In this document: in pieces, positions 57,074-64,000 of the stretch
How the letters are laid out: every line of letters starts with the position of its first letter
How positions within the stretch are numbered: position 1 is the stretch's first letter
NCBI GenBank assembly: GCA_007695195.1
Contig: REEG01000157.1
Coordinates: forward strand, 4,270-68,269
Direction of reading: 5' to 3'
DNA: 64,000 nt
Source: Gemmatimonadales bacterium
GTDB taxonomy: Bacteria; Gemmatimonadota; Gemmatimonadetes; Longimicrobiales; Gaopeijiaceae
The notes under the pieces: generated by a model
What the model was told of the DNA's origin: nothing
The model's input: the letters and a program-made list of their open reading frames with translations, nothing else
Database searches by the model: none
Translations under genes and position numbers: made by a program

Positions 57074-58485
57074 CCGCCCGTCGCCCCTTCACCTGGCCTC
57101 GGGATGAGGACGCGCCTGTGCACTTCATGGGGATCGGAGGCGCCGGTATGTGCGCACTGGCCGAGGCCGTGGCCCGGGCCGGTGGAAAGGTGAGCGGCTG
57201 TGACGCCGATCCCGGACGCTCGGCCCGGCGGCTCGCGGCCCTGGGGATCCCGGTGGCCCAGGGGCACGATCCCGCCCATGTGGAGGACGCCTCGGCACTG
57301 GTGGTGTCGGCGGCCATTCCGCCCCAACACCCGGAAATCCTGGCTGCCCGGGAGCGGGGACTCCCGGTCCTGAAACGGGCCGAGGCGCTGGCCCGATGGG
57401 TCAACCGGGGCCGGGTATTGGGGGTGGCGGGAACCCACGGGAAGACCACCACCACCGCCCTCCTCACCGAGATCCTGATGGCGGCCGACCGCGCCCCCAC
57501 CGGATTCGTGGGCGCCGAGGTGGTGGGATGGGGCAGCAACCTCCATCCGGGAGATGACCAGGTGTTCGTGGTGGAGGCCGACGAGTACGACAGGTCCTTC
57601 CTCCACCTCCGCCCCGAGGTGGCCGTCGTGACCAACATGGAAGAGGATCACCTGGATATCTACGGCTCCCTGGAGGGGGTTCGGGAGGGCTTCCGGAGCT
57701 ATCTCCGTCAGGTGGTGCCGGGGGGCGCCGTGGTGGCCTGTGCCGACGACCCGGGGGCCGGGGCTCTCCTGCAGGGACTCCCCCGGACGGTGACCGGGGT
57801 CAGCTACGGGTTCTCCGCCGGGTCGCTCCTGCGGGGTTCGGAGTTGGAGGTCCGGGACGGGGTGCTGCGGTTCCAGGTGGCGGAAGGGGGGCGTGACCGG
57901 GGTCACCTCGTGCTCCATCTCCCTGGGATCCACAACGCCCGCAACGCCCTGGCCGCCGCAGCCGCCGCCCGGCATCTGGGGGTGGAGTGGCCGGCCATTC
58001 GCGAGGGGCTCGTCCGCTTCCGGGGTGTCCGGCGGCGCTTCCAACGCCTCTCGCCCGGGAGCGCCATCGAGGTCATCGATGACTACGCCCACCACCCCAC
58101 CGAGGTGGCGGCGACGGTGGCCGCGGCTCTGGAGGCCTTCCCCGGTCGCCGCCTCGTCGCCGTCTTCCAGCCCCATCTCTACACCCGGACCCAGACCTTC
58201 CACGCCGAGTTCGGCCGTGTGCTGGCTCCTGCGGCATCGGTCTGGGTCACAGACGTCTATCCCGCCCGGGAAGCCCCCATTCCGGGAGTGGACGGCTCGC
58301 TGGTGGTGCAGGCGGCGCTGGACGCCGGGGCCCAGGGCGTTCGGTACCACGCCGACCTCGCCTCGCTGTCTGCGGCGGTGGCTTCCCAACTGCGCAGCGG
58401 GGACGTCTGTCTCGTCATGGGTGCGGGGTCCATCGAGCGGGTGGGCCCGGAGATCGTGACGGCGCTGGGAGGGACCCATGCGTAG
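57070..58485 (+). CDS. murC: UDP-N-acetylmuramate--L-alanine ligase
   Basis: FMGIGGAGMCALAE, AGTHGKTTTT. Confidence 0.92.
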   Translation: MTARRPFTWPRDEDAPVHFMGIGGAGMCALAEAVARAGGKVSGCDADPGRSARRLAALGIPVAQGHDPAHVEDASALVVSAAIPPQHPEILAARERGLPVLKRAEALARWVNRGRVLGVAGTHGKTTTTALLTEILMAADRAPTGFVGAEVVGWGSNLHPGDDQVFVVEADEYDRSFLHLRPEVAVVTNMEEDHLDIYGSLEGVREGFRSYLRQVVPGGAVVACADDPGAGALLQGLPRTVTGVSYGFSAGSLLRGSELEVRDGVLRFQVAEGGRDRGHLVLHLPGIHNARNALAAAAAARHLGVEWPAIREGLVRFRGVRRRFQRLSPGSAIEVIDDYAHHPTEVAATVAAALEAFPGRRLVAVFQPHLYTRTQTFHAEFGRVLAPAASVWVTDVYPAREAPIPGVDGSLVVQAALDAGAQGVRYHADLASLSAAVASQLRSGDVCLVMGAGSIERVGPEIVTALGGTHA

Positions 58486-59284
58486 GGGACTGGCCATCAT
58501 CGCCACCGTGTCCGTGACCATGGTCATCGCCCTGGGGCTGACCTGGGTTCCGGAGCTGATGGAGAACGCCGAATTCTTCCACGTTACCTCGGTGGAGGTG
58601 GAGGGGCTCCAGTACCTGGACGAGTCCAGGGTCCACGAACTCCTGGCCCTGGCCCCCGGCGCCTCCGTCTGGGGAGATCTGGATGTCTGGGCCGCACGTG
58701 TCCGGCGGCATGTCCTGGTGGAAGACGTCACGATCCAGCGCCGCCTCCCGGGGGGGCTCCAGGTGGCCGTGGTGGAACGCCGCCCCGTGGCACTCCGACC
58801 GACCCCGGTGCTCATGCCGGTGGACAGGGAGGGGCGAACGCTCCCGGTGGACCCGACCCTCCACCGGCTGGACCTTCCGCTCCTCATCCCCCCCCCTCGC
58901 CACGGAGGGAACGGAGCGATCCGGACCGCTGCCGCGGGCGGCGTCTCCGGACGGAGCGGGGCCGGGGAGGCGGCCGGCGGAGATCCGGTGCTGGCCCGCG
59001 CCCTGGCCCGGGAGGCCGCACGCCTCTCCGAAGCCGACCCCGGCTTCATGGCCCGGGTCTCCGAGGTGGGCATGGATGCCGAGGGCGACATCTTCCTTCG
59101 CCTCACCGAACCCCGGACGGTCATCCACTACCGGGGTGCCGCCTCCCCGGAACATCTTCGCCGCAGCCTCCGGATTGTGGACCACGCCCGGGAGGTGGGC
59201 GACGGAGAGGTGCCATGGGCGGTGGATCTACGCTTCGACGGACGGGTCATCGTCCGATTCGCCGACGCCCAAGGGAGGCTCTGA
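58478..59284 (+). CDS. ftsQ: cell division protein FtsQ/DivIB (POTRA)
   Basis: N-terminal TM, POTRA-like FHVTSVEVEGLQYLDESRV, dcw position. Gly/Ala-rich insertion in the periplasmic domain. Confidence 0.75.
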   Translation: MRRGLAIIATVSVTMVIALGLTWVPELMENAEFFHVTSVEVEGLQYLDESRVHELLALAPGASVWGDLDVWAARVRRHVLVEDVTIQRRLPGGLQVAVVERRPVALRPTPVLMPVDREGRTLPVDPTLHRLDLPLLIPPPRHGGNGAIRTAAAGGVSGRSGAGEAAGGDPVLARALAREAARLSEADPGFMARVSEVGMDAEGDIFLRLTEPRTVIHYRGAASPEHLRRSLRIVDHAREVGDGEVPWAVDLRFDGRVIVRFADAQGRL

Positions 59285-60516
59285 TGCGGTCCCGACTCAT
59301 TGCTGGACTGGACGTGGGAACCACCAAGACCTCCGCCGTCATCGGAGAGCTGGAGTCGGAGGGCCGTCGACGTCCTGCTCTCCGCGTGCTGGGGGTGGGC
59401 CAATCGCGCACCGCGGGAGTGCGGCGGGAGGTGGTGACCCATATCGAGCAGACCACCGAATCCGTCCGCCAGGCCATGAAGGAGGCCGAACTCATGGCGG
59501 GGGTGTCGGTGGACCGGGTCTGGGCCGCCATCAGCGGCGTGCATGTGAAGGCCCGGAGTTCCATGGGTGTGGTGGCCATCAGCGGCGACGAAGTGAGCCG
59601 CTCCGATGTGGACCGGGTCCACGAAGTGGCCCGGGCCGTGGCGCTCCCCGCCGACCGCGAGTTCCTCCATGCCATCCCCCAGGAGTACATGGTGGATTCG
59701 CAGCGGGGGCTGAAGGATCCTGTGGGGATGACCGGCACCCGCCTGGAGACCGAGGTCTACCTGGTCACCGCCGCCGCCTCCGCCTCCATGAACCTGAAGA
59801 AGGCCGTGGTTCGTGCCGGCTACCGGGTGCAGTCTCTGGTGTTGGCGCCCCTGGCCACGGCACGGGCGGTTCTCACCGAAGACGAGAAGGAGGTGGGCGT
59901 GGCCATGGTGGAGGTGGGCGCGTCCACCACGCAGATCGCCGCCTTCCACGAGGGGAAGATCCGGCACATCGCCGTTCTCCCGGTGGGTGGGGATACCATC
60001 ACCAACGATCTGGTGAAGGGGCTGTCCATCCCCTTCGCCGAGGCTCAACGGGCCAAGGAGGAGCATGCCGTCGCCTTCGCCCAGTTGGTGGATCCCCAGG
60101 AGACCGTTCCCCTACCCGGTCCGGCCCCCGGGCAGACCCGGCACGTGGCCCGCGAACTCATCGCCCACATCGTGGAGCAGCGCCTGGATGAGATCTTCGG
60201 GATGGTGCAGCACGAACTGAGCGCGGTGGGCATGGCGGATCGCCTGAGCGCAGGTGTGGTGCTCACGGGAGGAAGCGCATCGCTCCCGGGCACCCTGGAG
60301 ATGGCCGGTCAGGTCTTCACCGCTCCCGTCCGCATCGGCGTCCCGTGGGAAGGCCTCTCGGGATTGGCCGAGGCCGTTCAGCGCCCGCGCTTCGCCACCG
60401 TCACGGGGCTGTGCCTCCACGGGGTGGATCGGGTGCACGAGACGGGGGAGGGCGCCTCGACGCTCTCTTCCAACGTGATCTCCCGTGTGGGCGCCTGGAT
60501 CCGGGAGTTCTTCTGA
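59284..60516 (+). CDS. ftsA: cell division protein FtsA
   Basis: Actin-fold motifs AGLDVGTTKTSAVIGE and GVVLTGGSASLPG. C-terminal amphipathic tail VGAWIREFF. Confidence 0.92.
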   Translation: MRSRLIAGLDVGTTKTSAVIGELESEGRRRPALRVLGVGQSRTAGVRREVVTHIEQTTESVRQAMKEAELMAGVSVDRVWAAISGVHVKARSSMGVVAISGDEVSRSDVDRVHEVARAVALPADREFLHAIPQEYMVDSQRGLKDPVGMTGTRLETEVYLVTAAASASMNLKKAVVRAGYRVQSLVLAPLATARAVLTEDEKEVGVAMVEVGASTTQIAAFHEGKIRHIAVLPVGGDTITNDLVKGLSIPFAEAQRAKEEHAVAFAQLVDPQETVPLPGPAPGQTRHVARELIAHIVEQRLDEIFGMVQHELSAVGMADRLSAGVVLTGGSASLPGTLEMAGQVFTAPVRIGVPWEGLSGLAEAVQRPRFATVTGLCLHGVDRVHETGEGASTLSSNVISRVGAWIREFF

Positions 60517-60594
60517 TGTGCCGCGCCCCCCCCTTGCCGAACCCCCGACCCCTGCTTGTAGGTTCTTGCAACCCTGTTCCCGGGAGGAGACCCC

Positions 60595-61803
60595 ATGATG
60601 ATCTTTGAATTCGAAGAAAGCCCCGTCCAGAACGCTCGCATGAAGGTGGTGGGGGTCGGTGGCGCCGGCGGCAACGCCGTGAACCGTATGGTGGACGAGG
60701 ACCTGGAGGGGGTGGAGTTCATCTCCGCCAACACCGATGCGCAGGCCCTCAAGTCGTCGCGGGCCGCCATCACCCTGCAGCTCGGGAAGAAGCTCACCCG
60801 GGGGCTGGGGGCCGGCGCCCGTCCGGAGATCGGCCGTCAGGCCATCGCCGAGTCCGACGAGGAGGTACGCCGGGCGCTGGACGGCGCGGACCTGGTCTTC
60901 ATCACCGCCGGGATGGGCGGGGGAACGGGGACCGGCGCGGCGCCCATCATCGGAGAGATCGCCCGGGAGATGGGGGCGCTCACCATCGGCATCGTCACCC
61001 GACCCTTCTCCTTCGAAGGGCGCAAGCGGATGCGACAGGCCGATCAGGGTCTGGCTGAACTCCGCCGGTCCGTGGACACCATGATCGTGGTGCCCAACGA
61101 CCGGATCCTGGCCGTGGTGGGGAAGGGGACCACCTTCAAGGACGCCCTGAAGAAGGCCGACGAGGTGCTCCTCCACGCGACCCAGGGGATCAGCGACCTG
61201 ATCCGGGTGACGGGTGAAGTGAATGTGGACTTCGCCGATGTGCGTACCGTCATGTCGTGCCGGGGACCGGCGCTCATGGGCTCCGGATTCGGGGAAGGGG
61301 AGAACCGGGCCCAGGAGGCGGCCCAGGAGGCCATTTCCTCGCCCCTGCTGGACGATATCTCCATCCAGGGGGCCCGTGGTGTGCTCATCAACATCACCGG
61401 TGGGATGGATCTGGCCATTGACGAGGTCACCCAGATCTCTTCGATTATCAATGAGGAAGCAGGCGACGAAGCGGAGATCATCTTCGGCGCCGTGCACGAT
61501 CCGGAGCTCGAGGGCAAGATCCGCGTCACCGTCATCGCCACCGGGTTCGATTCCGGGGACGAGTCGCAGGACAAGCAGGTGATCCGTCCGGATTTCCGAC
61601 GGACCACCCGCCCCAGCCGACCGAACCGGACGGGATCTTCTTCGCCCGCAGCGCGTACGCCTTCCGAGGTGCCGCAGCGGAAGGTGGCCGGAGCGGAGGG
61701 TCAGACCGTCACTCCTCTGGGCCGTCCGCAGGAACGCCCCATTGACCGAGGGGCGATTCGGGACCTGGACATCCCGACCTTCATCCGCCGGCAGCTCGAC
61801 TGA
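60595..61803 (+). CDS. ftsZ: cell division GTPase FtsZ
   Basis: [15 protein letters not shown] and tubulin signature [11 protein letters not shown]-terminal peptide [11 protein letters not shown]. Confidence 0.97.
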   Translation: MMIFEFEESPVQNARMKVVGVGGAGGNAVNRMVDEDLEGVEFISANTDAQALKSSRAAITLQLGKKLTRGLGAGARPEIGRQAIAESDEEVRRALDGADLVFITAGMGGGTGTGAAPIIGEIAREMGALTIGIVTRPFSFEGRKRMRQADQGLAELRRSVDTMIVVPNDRILAVVGKGTTFKDALKKADEVLLHATQGISDLIRVTGEVNVDFADVRTVMSCRGPALMGSGFGEGENRAQEAAQEAISSPLLDDISIQGARGVLINITGGMDLAIDEVTQISSIINEEAGDEAEIIFGAVHDPELEGKIRVTVIATGFDSGDESQDKQVIRPDFRRTTRPSRPNRTGSSSPAARTPSEVPQRKVAGAEGQTVTPLGRPQERPIDRGAIRDLDIPTFIRRQLD

Positions 61804-61844
61804 GGCCGGCCCGACCCATGTGAAATCCGGAGCCCGTACGACGC

Positions 61845-63161
61845 ATGACGAGATCCCCCCAGCGGTCCCGCCGTCCCCTTCTCGCCCTCGTCGCCACCCT
61901 GGCTCTCGGATTTCTGGTCCTCCGCCCCCTCCTTGCCGACCCCGTGCCCGACGGGGGCGAGCTGGAGGTGATGAAGGCGGCGTCGGCGGAGGACATCCGG
62001 GTGGAGGTACTGGATCGGGGGCAGACCTTCGGGGGGATCCTCTCCCGAGCCAACCTGTCGCCGTCGGAGCAGCACTCGCTTCTGCTGGCCTTCCGGGAGC
62101 AGGCCAACCCGGCTCGGATGCGGGACGGCACCGAGATCGTGCTCCGGTGGATCCGGGGAGACGAGGGGCTCCGGGGCGTGGATGTGGCGCTGAACCCCGA
62201 TGAGCTCGTCCGCCTGGAGCGCGACGAGTTCGGGTGGCGTTCGTCCATCGTGGAGACTCCGGTCTGGGCCGACACGGTTATGGTTGCCGGTCTCATCGAG
62301 CGCGACCTCTGGAGTGCGGTGGTGCTGAACCCCGAGCTCCGGGAGATGCCCATGGGCGATCGGGCCCGGGTCATCGACCTCATGGACCGGGTCTTCCAGT
62401 GGCAGCTCGACTTCTCCCGCCAGATCCAGAGTGGCGACGCCTACCGACTCGTCTTCGAGCGCATGGTGCGCCCCGACGGGTCCATGCGGTCGGGCCGGAT
62501 CCTGGCCGCCGAGTTGGTGAATCGAGACACTCCCCTCCACGCCATCTGGTTCGATCTCCACGAGGATGGAGAGGGCGGCTACTATGACCTGGACGGCGAG
62601 TCGCTCCGGCGCGCCTTCATCCGGGCGCCCCTCGAGTACCGGCGCATCTCGTCGGTCTTCACCCGGAATCGCCTTCACCCCGTGTACGGAGTCAATCGTC
62701 CCCACAACGGGGTGGACTACGCCGCGCCTACCGGAACCCCCATCATGGCCACCGCCGATGGTGTGGTGACCCGGCGGGAGTGGGTGGGGGGCTACGGCAA
62801 CCTCATCGATATTCGCCACGCCAACGGCTTTCTGACCCGGTATGCCCACCTGAACAGCTTCGACTCGTCGATTCGTGTGGGTGGACGGGTGCGGCAGGGG
62901 CAGATCATCGGGACGGTGGGGATGACGGGAACGGCCACCGGACCCCACCTCCACTACGAGATGCACCGGAACGGGCAGGCCGTGGATCCGCTCAATGTGG
63001 ACATTCCTGCGGGCGATCCCATCCCCGAGGATGCCCGTGACCGGTGGGAAGGGATGCGGGGCACCCGCTTCGCCATGCTGGAGACCCTGCCCTCGGCTCC
63101 GGACATGCGCCTCGCCGCGGCCCGGGCGGCGGAGCGCACCGCCACCGTGGACGACGACTGA
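61845..63161 (+). CDS. M23-family murein endopeptidase (MepM/YebA-like)
   Basis: N-terminal TM. HNGVDYAAPTGTPI, YGNLIDIRH, GPHLHYEM zinc motifs. Confidence 0.8.
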   Translation: MTRSPQRSRRPLLALVATLALGFLVLRPLLADPVPDGGELEVMKAASAEDIRVEVLDRGQTFGGILSRANLSPSEQHSLLLAFREQANPARMRDGTEIVLRWIRGDEGLRGVDVALNPDELVRLERDEFGWRSSIVETPVWADTVMVAGLIERDLWSAVVLNPELREMPMGDRARVIDLMDRVFQWQLDFSRQIQSGDAYRLVFERMVRPDGSMRSGRILAAELVNRDTPLHAIWFDLHEDGEGGYYDLDGESLRRAFIRAPLEYRRISSVFTRNRLHPVYGVNRPHNGVDYAAPTGTPIMATADGVVTRREWVGGYGNLIDIRHANGFLTRYAHLNSFDSSIRVGGRVRQGQIIGTVGMTGTATGPHLHYEMHRNGQAVDPLNVDIPAGDPIPEDARDRWEGMRGTRFAMLETLPSAPDMRLAAARAAERTATVDDD

Positions 63162-64000
63162 AGCTCCTCCTCTTCGTTGGACTGGGGGCGGCGGCGATCC
63201 TCATCGCCCTCCTGCAGTACAGGCGGGCTGAGGCGCCGCCCCGGTATCGGGGGCTCCTGGTGGGGCTTCGCATCTCGTCGCTTCTCCTCGTGGTCCTCCT
63301 TCTGGCAGATCCAAGGGTCCCATGGGGATCGGGGGAGCCCCGGGTCCTCCCCGGTGGTCCTTCCTCCTCCTGGATCCTCGTGGATGCCACCCGGGCCCTG
63401 GATGTGGACGGACCGTCCGGAGGTCTCCTCCGGGACGAGGTGGAGGATCGTCTTCGGACCGCGGCACGGGGCGGTGCCGCGTTGGCTCTTCTGGGGCCGG
63501 AACCCGAGGGGCTGGATACCCTCGCTTCGGTCCCCCCCCGTCCGGTGACCACGGAGCTCGCCCCGGCACTCCGGCGGCTGGTGGAGGTGGGTGCTCTCGA
63601 GGTAACGCTGGTCTCGCCTCTCCGCATCTCCCGGGCCGCCCTGGATCGCATCGTGGGAGAGGCTCCCATCCCGCTCCGCATCGAGCAGGTCGGGGCTCCC
63701 ATCCTCAACGCCGGCGTCGCGGCGCTCCACCTTCCCCGGCGGGTTCCGGCGGGAGAGGCCGTGGAAGGACGGGTCGTTCTCTTCGGCGAACGACCGGACG
63801 GCGGCGTGGAGGAGGTGGGGCAGATGCCTTCCGCCGATTCCCTCACCCTGGAGTTGACGGTGGATGGAGAGGTGGTGGAATCCCGGCGCGTGGCCCTGCC
63901 CGAGGCCGGTACCACCCGGGAGGTCCCCGTCGTCCTCCCTGCCATGGCGGACTCCGGCGAGGTCCGGGTCAGCGCCCGGGTCCATCTTCCCGGCGACGGC
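63158..64000 (+). CDS. membrane protein with N-terminal double-TM segment (BatA/DUF-like), 3' end outside window, start uncertain
   Basis: Own translation of the open frame (not in ORF track): LKLLLFVGLGAAAILIALLQYRRAEAPPRYRGLLVGLRISSLLLVVLLLADPRVPW... continuing to the window end without a stop. There is no in-frame ATG/GTG/TTG between 63044 and about 63258. Confidence 0.4.
   Translation, partial: MKLLLFVGLGAAAILIALLQYRRAEAPPRYRGLLVGLRISSLLLVVLLLADPRVPWGSGEPRVLPGGPSSSWILVDATRALDVDGPSGGLLRDEVEDRLRTAARGGAALALLGPEPEGLDTLASVPPRPVTTELAPALRRLVEVGALEVTLVSPLRISRAALDRIVGEAPIPLRIEQVGAPILNAGVAALHLPRRVPAGEAVEGRVVLFGERPDGGVEEVGQMPSADSLTLELTVDGEVVESRRVALPEAGTTREVPVVLPAMADSGEVRVSARVHLPGDG

Noticed and set aside
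63177-63548. ORF-track entry 63177-63548 (+), 123 aa (MDWGRRRSSSPSCSTGGL...).
   Set aside because: It is out of frame relative to the open reading frame that encodes a convincing double-TM membrane protein through to the window end, and its translation is Arg/Ser/Gly/Pro-rich junk.

Overview
High-GC (about two-thirds G+C by eye, not computed) bacterial chromosomal segment. It is densely packed and almost entirely on the + strand; only three genes (39434-42592) are on the - strand. Content is overwhelmingly core housekeeping. In order: pta 3' end; a STAS / RsbW-like kinase / GAF-PP2C partner-switching module; rsmA; a DnaQ-like exonuclease; an MBL hydrolase; thiolase-hbd-acyl-CoA dehydrogenase-leucine dehydrogenase; glyA; nnr; thiL; plsC; eno-ftsB-tRNA(CAU); glpQ; tilS-hpt-ftsH-folP(like)-cdaA; exbB-exbD-exbD-tonB; yggS-divIVA-ileS-rluD; tRNA-Val; and a complete dcw cluster (mraZ-rsmH-ftsL-ftsI-murE-murF-mraY-murD-ftsW-murG-murC-ftsQ-ftsA-ftsZ) followed by an M23 peptidase. 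I saw no transposases, integrases, CRISPR arrays, toxin-antitoxin pairs or recognisable defence genes, so this looks like an ordinary core region rather than an accessory island. The best candidate for something undescribed is a tightly coupled four-gene module (34247-39348) joined to the end of the yggS-divIVA-ileS-rluD block. It encodes a tandem DnaA-type AAA+ protein with no DNA-binding domain IV and a degenerate second ATPase module, a DUF4388(PATAN-like)-TPR protein, a membrane-anchored MA-clan metallopeptidase, and a small 2-TM protein. Smaller observations: a FolP homologue with most catalytic motifs substituted; a phased GTGGG-type (MraZ-box-like) repeat array in the dcw leader; a PASTA domain on FtsI; a matrixin-like protein with a broken zinc motif; and a tRNA-Val squeezed between convergent genes. 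All calls come from reading the sequence and ORF translations by eye; no database search was run.
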